DNA of 36,987 nucleotides from a virus. Position 1 is the first letter of the stretch; each line of letters opens with the position of its first letter. The stretch is taken from the UHGV virus genome UHGV-0213290; one strand, written 5' to 3'. Under the pieces are notes generated by a model that was not told the DNA's origin, did not search any database, and saw only the letters and a program-made list of their open reading frames with translations. Shown piece by piece: positions 9,283-18,927 of the stretch. The position numbers and the translations under genes are program-made.

Positions 9283-9789
9283 ATGAACGTATTAGAGAAG
9301 ATCTTGGAAGAGATTGAAGATCATGCGATAGAGTTTGAATCATTCGGAATGTGTGATGATTATGTAAGTGTTTGTTGGGCAAAAGACATTATCCGTTCTC
9401 ATATGGGCGATGTTCCGAAGTGCAGAGAATGCAGCCGAAGAAAATTTTATATGCAAGGATATGAAGATGGGAAGAAAAATGACGGTTGGATTCCGGTAAG
9501 CGAGAAATTGCCGGAAGTCGGGAAAATGGTAAAAGTTACTGTACACTCATCCGAATGGATTGCAGACTACGATTCGGCCTGGGTTCCAGAAGAAGAAAAG
9601 ACATACCATCCGGAAGAGCGCAATGTGTACGACGGATACATAGATAGAGTGGGTATGTGGAAATTTTATGATGAGGAAGGTTCGTTTAATGCTTGCGACA
9701 AAGAATTTGGAACAGACAAAGAGAGAATGTATGATGTCGTGACAGCGTGGATGCCGAAAGAACAGATAGAACCATACAAGGAGGAATAA
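9283..9789 (+). CDS. DUF551-like phage protein
   Basis: GWIPVSEKLPE and C-terminal VTAWMPKEQIEPYKE resemble the DUF551 signature; the ATG at 9265 contains the ribosome-binding site, so 9283 is the likelier start. Confidence 0.5.
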   Translation: MNVLEKILEEIEDHAIEFESFGMCDDYVSVCWAKDIIRSHMGDVPKCRECSRRKFYMQGYEDGKKNDGWIPVSEKLPEVGKMVKVTVHSSEWIADYDSAWVPEEEKTYHPEERNVYDGYIDRVGMWKFYDEEGSFNACDKEFGTDKERMYDVVTAWMPKEQIEPYKEE

Positions 9790-9790
9790 C

Positions 9791-9982
9791 ATGGACATTT
9801 TAATCACAATCGCATCCCTAGCCCTGTACTACATATTGGGGCTTGGAACTATGGTAGCGCTAATAAGTGGGGTATATGAGGATGCAGAACTGAAATTTGA
9901 GGATTATTTAATGGCTTTGCTCTTTCCGTTTGTACTATTTGTTGTATTTGTGGATTGGGTGGTAAGAAAGATAGTGAGGTAG
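9791..9982 (+). CDS. Small membrane protein (two transmembrane helices)
   Basis: AAGGAGG ribosome-binding site; hydrophobic segments. Confidence 0.4.
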   Translation: MDILITIASLALYYILGLGTMVALISGVYEDAELKFEDYLMALLFPFVLFVVFVDWVVRKIVR

Positions 9983-9987
9983 AAAAT

Positions 9988-10590
9988 ATGAGAAAATTTA
10001 ACTGGGATGAATTTAAAGAAGTAAAATTTGCGGTGCACTGTAAGACCGAGGAAGAAGCGAAAGATTTTTGCCGACAGATGTATAAACACGGTATGGTATG
10101 GGGGAGTGGGAATAGTTATTTGAGTTGCACACACTATGAGAAATACAAGGATAAAACGTGCTACGACGGACAAGGTGTATATCAGAGTTATGATCACTTT
10201 AAGAAGTATAGATATGAAATTTTAGAATGGAGCGATTACATGGACAAAGAATTTACCAAGGCAGATTTGGAAGATGGGATGGTAGTTGAACAAAAAAATG
10301 GAAACATGTATCTTGTATTGGCTGGGAAGGCAGTAAGAAAAGGCAGATGCAATCGTATAGACGGTTACACTGATGACTTGAAATGGGAAGGTCGTACAGG
10401 TTATACAGGAGGAGACATCGTTAAAGTCTATAGAATTACTCCGGAATCACTCGGATGCATAGAAGATGTGTTTATTAAAAGCAACCTTGAACTCATCTGG
10501 GAACGCACCGAATCGAAGAAAATGACTGTGGAAGAAATGAAACAGAAGCTGGAAGAACTGACAGGAGAGGAAATTGAGGTGACGGCATGA
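9988..10590 (+). CDS. Hypothetical protein (200 aa)
   Basis: ATG after GAGGTAG; ORF 9955 extends upstream but overlaps the previous gene. Confidence 0.5.
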   Translation: MRKFNWDEFKEVKFAVHCKTEEEAKDFCRQMYKHGMVWGSGNSYLSCTHYEKYKDKTCYDGQGVYQSYDHFKKYRYEILEWSDYMDKEFTKADLEDGMVVEQKNGNMYLVLAGKAVRKGRCNRIDGYTDDLKWEGRTGYTGGDIVKVYRITPESLGCIEDVFIKSNLELIWERTESKKMTVEEMKQKLEELTGEEIEVTA

Positions 10591-10627
10591 CCAGAGAGAC
10601 TATGAAACGCAGAAGGGAGAAGAAAAA

Positions 10628-11071
10628 ATGCTAATTGAAGATAAAGTACAGATAGAAGCAGTGAAAACAAGATCGTATATGATGGGTGAGATAGATGGAA
10701 AAGTGATGATTACGCAAGGTAGATATATTGTATTTGTGAAGAAAGAAGATTTCTTGCTCGACATAGATAAGCAGAAGAAATTGCCAGAAGATGGGGTGAA
10801 ACATTTTTCCACAGAAAATATTCAGAGCCAAATGAGGGCGGCCAAGTTGTCAAACAGAATGCTTACAACTGGCAAAAGCATTCTGAGAGCAATAAGAGAC
10901 GAGACAACAGGGGGATACGCTTGGTTTGATAATGAATATTTGAAAATGTTCGACGGATGCACGCCAAATCTTATTAAACACCCAGGAAACTCTGAATACT
11001 ACAATGCCGTGTTTACACGCTACGGAGAAATAATAGGCATCATACTTCCTGTGAGGGTGAGTGAATGGTGA
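10628..11071 (+). CDS. Hypothetical protein (147 aa)
   Basis: GGGAGAAG ribosome-binding site. Confidence 0.5.
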   Translation: MLIEDKVQIEAVKTRSYMMGEIDGKVMITQGRYIVFVKKEDFLLDIDKQKKLPEDGVKHFSTENIQSQMRAAKLSNRMLTTGKSILRAIRDETTGGYAWFDNEYLKMFDGCTPNLIKHPGNSEYYNAVFTRYGEIIGIILPVRVSEW

Positions 11072-11107
11072 TAATAAGCTAGATGCAGAAAGGAGACAGC
11101 GGACATC

Positions 11108-11287
11108 ATGAAGAAAATAGAAGCATACACTATGGCAACGAAAAAGCCCTGTAAGACGGCTTTAAAGCAAAAGGGGCACAAAGCCTTTGCCTGTGACTTT
11201 AAAGGCGGCGAGAGGGCGAATAAGGATACTGTGGACTACATAGCAGAGAAATACAACATAAAAGAGCGGATCCCGGGAGGTGATTGA
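11108..11287 (+). CDS. Small hypothetical protein (59 aa) with a Cys pair
   Basis: AAAGGAG ribosome-binding site about 12 nt upstream. Confidence 0.25.
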   Translation: MKKIEAYTMATKKPCKTALKQKGHKAFACDFKGGERANKDTVDYIAEKYNIKERIPGGD

Positions 11288-11702
11288 GTTGGACAAGAAA
11301 ACACTGAAAAAGTACAAACCAAACAAAGATAGAGTTATCCGGATTGAGAACCAGATGCAAGAACTCTGCGAACGGGAACCAACTGTTGTTATGGGGAAAG
11401 TAACTGGATCCAGTGCAGATTTCCCATACACGGAAGTGCGAACATCAGTCCAGATGTATGATCCTTACGAAGACGAGAATGTAAGACAGCAGATTAGGCG
11501 AAAAGAAGCGGACAGGCTGCGGATCCTGAAAGAGCAAGAAGAAGTCGAAGACTACATAAATGGGATTGATGATCCGGAGATTAAAGAGATATTTGAGTTG
11601 CACTATCTTGAGGGGAAAACCCAGCAAAAAGTCGCAGATGAAATTGGATATACCCAGGCGCGAGTATCGCAGATTATAAGCGGGCAGCTTAAAGATTTAT
11701 AG
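11280..11702 (+). CDS. Late-gene transcriptional activator, sigma-70 region-4-like (ArpU/RinA/DUF1492 type)
   Basis: C-terminal GKTQQKVADEIGYTQARVSQI is a sigma region-4 helix-turn-helix; position immediately upstream of terS; start may be GTG 11280 or TTG 11289 (ribosome-binding site GGGAGG). Confidence 0.65.
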   Translation: MIELDKKTLKKYKPNKDRVIRIENQMQELCEREPTVVMGKVTGSSADFPYTEVRTSVQMYDPYEDENVRQQIRRKEADRLRILKEQEEVEDYINGIDDPEIKEIFELHYLEGKTQQKVADEIGYTQARVSQIISGQLKDL

Positions 11703-11782
11703 CATTTATATTTTACTTATGCTATAATTATTCTAGAACGATTATATATTGTTCTAAAACAATCTTTCCAAACATTCAGAAC

Positions 11783-11826
11783 GCCGCCGGACTTCTCCCC
11801 TTTCTTGTCTGGCGGTGTTTTTATGC
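11783..11826 (+). terminator. Rho-independent terminator after the late activator gene
   Basis: CCGCCGGAC...GTCTGGCGG 9-bp stem (one G-T pair) followed by GTTTTTAT. Confidence 0.5.
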
Positions 11827-11868
11827 CGTGGTCAGTTGGGACAAGCGGGTTCGAACCCCGCGCACGGT
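11825..11868 (+). other. Degenerate tRNA-like remnant (T-arm plus partial acceptor stem)
   Basis: GCGGG-TTCGAAC-CCCGC is a canonical T-arm followed by GCACGGT; 5' GCCGTGG partly complementary; no anticodon arm. Confidence 0.25.
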
Positions 11869-12051
11869 TTAGTAGCATATCATGGTAAATATTAAAAATC
11901 CGGAATGCCGTGGAAGTGCTACGAGTGATATCACAAAACGCAGATATCCGCAGATCTGCAAAAACAAACAAAAAATAGATTCAGCGATCTATATTTAGTG
12001 TCAGCACCCGAGTGCGGATAGGGTAGAGGATGTCAATAAAAGGCATCCTAT

Positions 12052-12124
12052 GGGTGTATAGCTCAGTTGGTAGAGCGATCGGCTGTTAACCGATGTGTCG
12101 CAGGTTCGAGTCCTGCTATACCCG
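12052..12124 (+). tRNA. tRNA-Asn (anticodon GTT)
   Basis: Cloverleaf readable by hand: acceptor GGGTGTA/TATACCC, D-arm GCTC-AGTTGGTA-GAGC, anticodon stem ATCGG/CCGAT with loop CTGTTAA, T-arm GCAGG-TTCGAGT-CCTGC, discriminator G; no encoded CCA. Confidence 0.85.
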
Positions 12125-12198
12125 TTGTGGACTACTGCAAGGTTCCTCCTTTTTCTTATAAATTTTGATTGTGTATTTGGTTATTTTGGTTTTGTTGC

Positions 12199-12207
12199 TG
12201 TTATAAT
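12199..12207 (+). promoter_or_regulatory. Extended -10 element (TGtTATAAT) of a probable late promoter upstream of terS, enclosed by 12-bp inverted repeats
   Basis: TGnTATAAT with no good -35, as expected for an activator-dependent promoter; lies between GGACTACTGCAA (12129-12140) and TTGCAGTAGTCC (12217-12228). Confidence 0.35.
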
Positions 12208-12286
12208 TCTTTCATTTTGCAGTAGTCCTAAATTCTTAGCATCCAGAGATGGGTGCTTTTATTATGTTTTAAAGGTGGTGGGTCGG

Positions 12287-12754
12287 ATGGCAAAAGGTAA
12301 ATATCAGGAATGGCTAGAGCCGGAAGGCTTGCTAAAGATAGAGGGATGGGCGAGAGATGGTCTGACAGACGAGCAGATAGCAAATAACATAGGGATATCG
12401 GTATCTTGCTTGAATAACTGGAAAAACAAGTATGTGGAGATTTTGGAGTCCCTAAAAAAGGGAAAAGAAGTTGTTGATCGTCAAGTTGAGAACGCTCTGC
12501 TAAAACGTGCGCTTGGATATGAGTACACGGAAACAACCAGGGAATACATACCGGAACTTAATGAAATGAAAACTACAAAAAAGGTCACAAAGCAAGTAGC
12601 ACCGGACACGACAGCCCAGATCTTTTGGTTGAAGAACCGGAAACCGGACAAATGGAGGGATAAGCAGGAATACGAGGACAGAACAGCAATTGAGAAGCTG
12701 GATGAAATCTTGAAAGGATTGCATGACAATGCAGCTAAGCAAAAAACAGAATGA
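12287..12754 (+). CDS. terS: Terminase small subunit
   Basis: N-terminal helix-turn-helix (LTDEQIANNIGISVSCLNNWKNKY) and WLKNRKPDKWRDK motif typical of TerS; the ORF-track start at 12095 runs through the tRNA, so ATG 12287 with ribosome-binding site AAAGGTGGTGGG is used. Confidence 0.75.
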   Translation: MAKGKYQEWLEPEGLLKIEGWARDGLTDEQIANNIGISVSCLNNWKNKYVEILESLKKGKEVVDRQVENALLKRALGYEYTETTREYIPELNEMKTTKKVTKQVAPDTTAQIFWLKNRKPDKWRDKQEYEDRTAIEKLDEILKGLHDNAAKQKTE

Positions 12755-14057
12755 ATACATCATAAACGCAACTCATAGATGGAATATCAAGTCCGGAGCG
12801 GTTCGTTCTGGAAAGTCCTTTGTAGACACTGCTTATATTGTCCCAAAAAGAATCAGAGATAGAGCTGGACTCCCCGGCTTGAATGTAATCATGGGTGTCT
12901 CCAAAGAATCCATAGAGCGAAACGTACTCCAACCGATGAGGGAAATCTATACCAGTGATCTAATCGGGAACATTAACAACCGGAATGTAGCCAGAGTATG
13001 CGGAGAGGATGTTTATTGTCTCGGAGCGGAAAAGGTCAGTCAGGTTGCAAAGATACAGGGAGCGTCCATTAAGTACTGCTATGGTGATGAGATCGCAAAA
13101 TGGAACAAAGAGGTGTTCCAGATGCTTAAATCCCGTCTCGATAAGACGTACTCCTGCTTTGATGGAGCTTGCAACCCGGAACATCCGACGCACTGGCTCA
13201 AAGAGTTCATCGACAATGTAGAGCTGGACATCTATCTCCAAAAGTACACGATATTTGATAATCCATTTCTGGATCCAGAATTTGTTAAGCAACTCTGTAA
13301 GGAATATGATGGTACAATCTATTATGACCGCCTCATCCTTGGCTTGTGGAAACGAGCTGACGGGTCGATCTACAAGCGGTTTGCTGACAATCCGGAAGCG
13401 TTCCAGTGCGAAATCGTGGATGAGTTCTCACAGGAATCAGAGCATAAGCAATTCCGAAAAGAGGATATCACATCAATCGAGATTGGCTTGGACTTTGGTG
13501 GTAATCAATCTGGTCACTCATTCGTTGCCAGAGGATATACGGACAACTACAGAGACGTGATTGCTTTAAAATCCAGAAGAGTCATGGCTAAGGATAAAAA
13601 CGAGGACATCGACAGTAATCGACTGAACAAGCTGTTCTGCGAGTTTGTACAAGAAGTGATAGATGATTACTCTGTGTGCGTGAAGAGTGGAGACTATGTA
13701 CAGTATTGTAACGTAGAGTCCGTATTCTGGGACAATGCAGAAACCGTCCTTGGTAATTCTATCCGCAATGCCGTGGAAAAGGAATTTCCGTGGATAGCTG
13801 TCAAACCAGCAAAGAAAAGACCTATAAACGACAGAATCAGATGTACCGTCAAGCTCATGGGGGCTGGGCGGTTTTTTATTACAAAAGACTGCGAATCTCT
13901 GGAAACTGCTTTTTCGGATGCAGTTTGGGACAAAGAAGCTGTTGGGAAAGATGAGCGTCTGGATGACGGCAGTACTGACATTGACAGCTTGGACGCGTTT
14001 GAGTACACGATCGAACGCGACATGAAATACCTAATCGAAGAGGTGGAAGATGTTTGA
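12723..14057 (+). CDS. terL: Terminase large subunit (PBSX-type)
   Basis: Walker-A-like AVRSGKSF, overall PBSX-family TerL layout, acidic nuclease-domain residues; overlaps terS. Confidence 0.9.
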   Translation: MTMQLSKKQNEYIINATHRWNIKSGAVRSGKSFVDTAYIVPKRIRDRAGLPGLNVIMGVSKESIERNVLQPMREIYTSDLIGNINNRNVARVCGEDVYCLGAEKVSQVAKIQGASIKYCYGDEIAKWNKEVFQMLKSRLDKTYSCFDGACNPEHPTHWLKEFIDNVELDIYLQKYTIFDNPFLDPEFVKQLCKEYDGTIYYDRLILGLWKRADGSIYKRFADNPEAFQCEIVDEFSQESEHKQFRKEDITSIEIGLDFGGNQSGHSFVARGYTDNYRDVIALKSRRVMAKDKNEDIDSNRLNKLFCEFVQEVIDDYSVCVKSGDYVQYCNVESVFWDNAETVLGNSIRNAVEKEFPWIAVKPAKKRPINDRIRCTVKLMGAGRFFITKDCESLETAFSDAVWDKEAVGKDERLDDGSTDIDSLDAFEYTIERDMKYLIEEVEDV

Positions 14058-15402
14058 TGGAATTAAGAGATTATGGAAAGGAATCATGAGGATGTTTGGA
14101 TATACGACATTAAAACAGATCATCGGCAAGGATATCGCACTATCCAACGACATGATATATGCAATCAACAGATGGAGACAGATGTTAAATGGTGATGCAG
14201 ATTGGATTTCTGACAGCATTGTTTCCCTCGGGATTGAAGATGGAATCTGCCGAGAGTTTGCGGACTGTGCGCTGGTGGAAATGGAAACCAGCGTAAGTAA
14301 CGAACGGTTAGACAAAATTTACCAGAAGAATATCGCAAGCCTAAATGAGAACCTACAGGAAGGACTTGCACTGGGGTCGTTTGTCCTGAAGCCACTGGGA
14401 GAATCGGCTGCTGAATTTGTTTCTGCCAACAAGATCATCCCGATCAGCTTCGGGGATGACGGAAAGCCGAATGATATCACATTTCTGACCGTAAAAAAGG
14501 TTGGGGACGCTGATTATTTCACAAGGCTTGAACGGCACTATTTCATTGACGGGAATCTGACTATAGAAAACAAGTGTTTCCACTCTCAGGCAGCGAATGA
14601 TATCGGTCTTCCATGCAGCCTAGAAGCGGTGGAAGAATGGGAGAATATCCTACCTGGACCGATTACCTATCCCGGCATGAACCGTATGGACTTTGGATAT
14701 TATCGCAATCCAATTAAAAATAAAATAGATGGTTCCGCCTGCGGAGTGTCGGTGTACGAGTCTGCAGTTACACTGATCCGGAAAGCGGATACACAGGGAG
14801 CAAGGCTTGACTGGGAATACGAATCGGGTGAGCGTGCTATCCATGTGGATAATAGAGCACTTAAACAAGATAAGGCAACCGGGAAGTTTGAACTCCCAAA
14901 ACTCAAAAACAAATTGTATCGAGGAATGAATCTGGACGTTGGAAAAGACCAAGAACTCTTAAAAGAATACTCCCCAGAAATGAGGGACGAAGCCTTTAAG
15001 CGTGGGTTGGAGGAATACAAACGTGAGATTGAATTTTCCGTAGGTCTTGCTTATGGAGACCTGTCAGATGCGCAGGAAGTAGCAAAGACAGCTACGGAGA
15101 TCAAGGCATCGAAGAACCGCAAGTACAACCGAGTGACGGCGATCCAGAACAACTTATACGATTGCTTAGAGGACTTTGCCGCAGGGCTTGCATTCTACAA
15201 CAGTATGCTTAATTCGGGATATGAGTTCTCTTGCAAATTCAACGATTCCATACTGACCGATGAGGAAACAGAGCGTCAGCAGGACAGACAGGACGTGAGT
15301 ATGGGAGTGATGTCGCATTTGGAATACCGCATGAAGTGGTACAACGAGGACGAAGCCACAGCGAAAAAGATGTTGCCAGAGCAGATCAAAGTAATGGAGT
15401 AG
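14050..15402 (+). CDS. Portal protein (SPP1 gp6-like)
   Basis: 450 aa, immediately after TerL with overlapping start codon. Confidence 0.8.
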   Translation: MFDGIKRLWKGIMRMFGYTTLKQIIGKDIALSNDMIYAINRWRQMLNGDADWISDSIVSLGIEDGICREFADCALVEMETSVSNERLDKIYQKNIASLNENLQEGLALGSFVLKPLGESAAEFVSANKIIPISFGDDGKPNDITFLTVKKVGDADYFTRLERHYFIDGNLTIENKCFHSQAANDIGLPCSLEAVEEWENILPGPITYPGMNRMDFGYYRNPIKNKIDGSACGVSVYESAVTLIRKADTQGARLDWEYESGERAIHVDNRALKQDKATGKFELPKLKNKLYRGMNLDVGKDQELLKEYSPEMRDEAFKRGLEEYKREIEFSVGLAYGDLSDAQEVAKTATEIKASKNRKYNRVTAIQNNLYDCLEDFAAGLAFYNSMLNSGYEFSCKFNDSILTDEETERQQDRQDVSMGVMSHLEYRMKWYNEDEATAKKMLPEQIKVME

Positions 15403-16605
15403 GTGAACCAATTGAGGGAAGACTACAAAAAGCAGCTATCCGGACAGATCGAGAAGCATTTTCTTGATTTGGAACAGATGATTCTCGAGGACATTGTTCG
15501 CCGGATTAAAAAAGCGGGAAAAATCACAAGCACAGCCGACTGGCAGATTAACCGGTTGCAGATCATCGGGTACTCTTCTGAGGACATCGAAAAGATGATT
15601 AAAACTGCTCTAAACCTGTCCTATCCGGAAGTGTTTGAGCTGTACGACAAGGTAATCGACTGGGAATATGTCCGTAATAAAGACATCTACGAGCAGATTA
15701 ATGCAGAATATATCCCATACGAGGATAATAAGGAGTTGCAACAGCTTGCAGATGGCTTTATCCAGCAGAGCAATGATGATCTGCGGAACGTCACAAAGTC
15801 CATGGGATTTTATGTGGATTATGGCGGCGGTAGGCTCGTTATGACTCCATTATCCGACATCTACCAAGGATACCTTGATAAGGCTATCACGGGAGTGGTT
15901 TACGGTGCATTTGACTACAACACCATGATTCGCAAGGTGGTCACGCAACTCACCAACAGCGGACTCAGAAGCATTGACTACGCTTCTGGGTGGCATAGCA
16001 GGGTAGATGTGGCGGCAAGGAGAGCGGTTATGACGGGTGTGTCACAGCTTACCGGGAAAATATCAGAAATGAACGCCGATAAGCTTGGGACAGAGCATTA
16101 CGAAGTCGCGTGGCACGCCGGAGCGAGACCATCACACGCTGTCTGGCAAGGCAAGGTATGGAGCAAGAAAGAACTTGTCACGGTATGCGGTCTTGGAACA
16201 GTTACCGGACTACTTGGAGCAAACTGTTACCATGAGTATTACCCTTTTGTAAAAGGCGTCTCGGAGCGGAATTGGTCTGATTCTTGGCTTGTAGAGCAGA
16301 ACCGAAAGGAAAGTATACCTAAGACGTTTAACGGCAAGGAATACACCTTATACGAAGCCAGACAGCAACAGAGGAAAATGGAAACCGCTATGAGGGCACA
16401 GAGAGAAAAGGCTGTGCTACTAAAACAGGGCGGAGCTGATCCAGACGATGTGATGCTTGCGAAAGCAAAGTATCAAGGACAACTGGGAGAATACACCAGA
16501 TTTTGCAAGAAAATGGGTCTACAACAAGAAAGAGAGCGCATCTATTACGATATGCGCGGCAGAGTGGCACCCGTACCAAAACGATTTAGGAGGTTTAGGA
16601 AATGA
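15403..16605 (+). CDS. Head morphogenesis / minor capsid protein (SPP1 gp7 / Mu F-like)
   Basis: Position after portal; conserved core YEVAWHAGARPSHAVWQGKVWS typical of the minor capsid protein 2 family. Confidence 0.7.
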   Translation: MNQLREDYKKQLSGQIEKHFLDLEQMILEDIVRRIKKAGKITSTADWQINRLQIIGYSSEDIEKMIKTALNLSYPEVFELYDKVIDWEYVRNKDIYEQINAEYIPYEDNKELQQLADGFIQQSNDDLRNVTKSMGFYVDYGGGRLVMTPLSDIYQGYLDKAITGVVYGAFDYNTMIRKVVTQLTNSGLRSIDYASGWHSRVDVAARRAVMTGVSQLTGKISEMNADKLGTEHYEVAWHAGARPSHAVWQGKVWSKKELVTVCGLGTVTGLLGANCYHEYYPFVKGVSERNWSDSWLVEQNRKESIPKTFNGKEYTLYEARQQQRKMETAMRAQREKAVLLKQGGADPDDVMLAKAKYQGQLGEYTRFCKKMGLQQERERIYYDMRGRVAPVPKRFRRFRK

Positions 16606-16883
16606 GTAAAGTAAAAGTAATCAGACAGCCGACAGCGGAAGAAACATTGATTTTTGAATTTGAGACAGCATCATCCGAATTTCTGGTTAAGAATTTTACG
16701 GATGGTGATATTTACGCATCTCTGGAAAGGGACGCAACAAAAGAACAAAGCGTACTGATTCCGGCACAGACCGCACAGGTATTGCAGTACGGTTCCTACG
16801 GTGGTGGAAAGAGCAACCTCGTCCAAATCATCCCCACAGCAACAAGCGAAAAAGGAGTAGAAGTACAATGCTTAAAATGGTAG
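16602..16883 (+). CDS. Hypothetical protein (93 aa)
   Basis: ATGA coupling with the upstream gene. Confidence 0.5.
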   Translation: MSKVKVIRQPTAEETLIFEFETASSEFLVKNFTDGDIYASLERDATKEQSVLIPAQTAQVLQYGSYGGGKSNLVQIIPTATSEKGVEVQCLKW

Positions 16884-18412
16884 ACGGAACAGGAATCATA
16901 GGAGTGGATATGATCTGTCCTCTGGGTGTCTCTACGCCGCAGCCACCGAATTATGACAGGGTAGAGCTAGAGGGGGCAGGGATGTTGGTACTTCCGAACA
17001 GCTTGGATGCGCCGCTTGAGAGGTTGGAGCTTGGTGGGAAGACGGATCAGTTCTCTACAAAAGGTTTGAATCTCTTTAATTATAAGGATTTTGTGGATAT
17101 AAGCACTTATGCGGATAAGGGTGCTGGTTACAGGAGAAAGTATCTGCAATTAAAGCCAAATACATCATACCGTATGACGATATTTAAAAATAGAATGTCG
17201 CCAAGTATGGATGCCACAGTAATGTTTATTGGCAATAAAGAAAAATATGACAATACTGCAGCTAATGGAAAGATTGTGCTTTTCACAAGCACTGATAAAA
17301 AAAGTGCAACCATTGTCACAGGAGAAAGCGGTCAAATTGTATTCAAATTAAATAAAAATAGTACACCAGAATTACAAGAAGAATATCTATCGAAAGCAGA
17401 TATCATTTTATCCGAAGGAAGTACAGAAATCCCATACGAACCCTACACAGGAGGCAAGCCATCTCCAAGCCCAGAATATCCGCAGGAAATCAAAAACTCT
17501 GGGAAGTGGAATGAGGAGAAACAGAAGTATGAAGTTGATGTGAAAGTAGTAGGAAAGAATCTTTTTGATGTTAATTATTTCGCAGAAAGCGAAAACTATC
17601 AGAACAAAGAGGGAGATGCTACCTACTGGAAATATGCAACTTTTAAGGTGAAACCGAATACCACGTATACAGTCTCAAAAAGGAAAAGCTTAAATGTCAA
17701 CGGTGCGATTAACAACGGCATATATTATGGTGGTGCGTTAACATTTAACAATGATGTAAACTCCGTAAAAATAACGACTAAAGATGATGGGGTTTTTTAT
17801 GTCATATTTTTTTATCGGAGTGAGGATGTAAACATCCTAAAAGAAATGGACATTCAAATCGAATTAGGAGAGACATTAACTGAATATGAACCCTACAAAG
17901 AACAAACACTCACCCTCACATCCGACCGCCCTATTACAAAATGGGACAGACTGGTCGAACAGGGCGGACAGATTGGGTGGTTGTATAATTCTGCAAATGA
18001 AACGATTGACGGAAAAACTGGAAAGTGGTCAATTCAACCTGCGACTAAAATATTCTATAGGACAGACATTACTTTCCCAATAGTTGTACCGTTCTGCATC
18101 GAACTGTTAGGATATGACTATTTAATGGGAGGATACAAAAAAGATACAGGTATTACTATAAATAATTTAGGAATCCTATGTATAACTCTCCCAGAAGAGG
18201 TGGAACTTACACTGGATGCATATAAACAGTATTTGGCAGATAATCCATTGCACGTTCTGTATAAGGGCGATTCCGAAGAATTCGTCCCACTTTCAGAATC
18301 CGAGCAGAACGCTATCCGAGCATTAAAAACCTACTACCCTACCACAGTTATCACAGCGGACGGAGGGGAGCTTGACCCCGATATTAAAGTAACATACCGA
18401 AAGGAGAAGTAA
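16868..18412 (+). CDS. Large hypothetical structural/accessory protein with two tandem homologous ~120-aa modules
   Basis: Internal duplication: LKPNTSYRMTIFK...SEGSTEIPYEPYT versus VKPNTTYTVSKRK...LGETLTEYEPYK; lies inside the head module. Confidence 0.6.
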   Translation: MLKMVDGTGIIGVDMICPLGVSTPQPPNYDRVELEGAGMLVLPNSLDAPLERLELGGKTDQFSTKGLNLFNYKDFVDISTYADKGAGYRRKYLQLKPNTSYRMTIFKNRMSPSMDATVMFIGNKEKYDNTAANGKIVLFTSTDKKSATIVTGESGQIVFKLNKNSTPELQEEYLSKADIILSEGSTEIPYEPYTGGKPSPSPEYPQEIKNSGKWNEEKQKYEVDVKVVGKNLFDVNYFAESENYQNKEGDATYWKYATFKVKPNTTYTVSKRKSLNVNGAINNGIYYGGALTFNNDVNSVKITTKDDGVFYVIFFYRSEDVNILKEMDIQIELGETLTEYEPYKEQTLTLTSDRPITKWDRLVEQGGQIGWLYNSANETIDGKTGKWSIQPATKIFYRTDITFPIVVPFCIELLGYDYLMGGYKKDTGITINNLGILCITLPEEVELTLDAYKQYLADNPLHVLYKGDSEEFVPLSESEQNAIRALKTYYPTTVITADGGELDPDIKVTYRKEK

Positions 18413-18413
18413 T

Positions 18414-18701
18414 ATGAACTATGCAAAAATAATGGAAAACGGAACTGTGAGAATCAGCTCCATCAAAAAGGAGGGCTACAAACCACTCAAGGAAGAGAAA
18501 CCAGAGGGATTTAGTAACCTTGTCTTTGTCGGATATACGGAGACAGAGGAGAATGTAATAAAAGAGTATGAAGCAGTGGATGATGGTATGAGCGCCTACG
18601 GCAAGCTGCAGAAAGACTTGAAAGCAACACAGGCGGCACAGGAAGTCACAGATCAGGCGGTGCAGGAGTTGATTCTTGCAACAATGGAAGCGGAGGTGTA
18701 A
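18414..18701 (+). CDS. Hypothetical protein (95 aa)
   Basis: Start 2 nt after the previous stop codon, AAGGAG ribosome-binding site. Confidence 0.5.
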   Translation: MNYAKIMENGTVRISSIKKEGYKPLKEEKPEGFSNLVFVGYTETEENVIKEYEAVDDGMSAYGKLQKDLKATQAAQEVTDQAVQELILATMEAEV

Positions 18702-18704
18702 ATT

Positions 18705-18800
18705 ATGGCGCAGTTTTTGGCAAACAGAATTAAAGGTGGACACTTGACAATTGATAATGTACCGGAGAGCTTGAAAGAGCAGGTGCAGGCGTTACTTTAA
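18705..18800 (+). CDS. Very small protein (31 aa), XkdX-like position
   Basis: MAQFLANRIKGGHLTIDNVPESLKEQVQALL; ATG 4 nt after the upstream stop. Confidence 0.3.
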   Translation: MAQFLANRIKGGHLTIDNVPESLKEQVQALL

Positions 18801-18927
18801 GAGATTAGCACATAGAGATATGTGTTATTTTTATGCCTTTTTGGTCAGTAGATGAGACCTTAAACAGTCAATTCGTGGTGGATGGTTACACACCTTAAAC
18901 AACCTAATGCGAAAGGAGAATGGAAAC

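Noticed and set aside
12095-12286. ORF-track 5' extension of the terS frame back to 12095
   Set aside because: The extension runs through the tRNA-Asn gene and an AT-rich promoter region. ATG 12287 with a GGTGGTGGG ribosome-binding site is the credible start.
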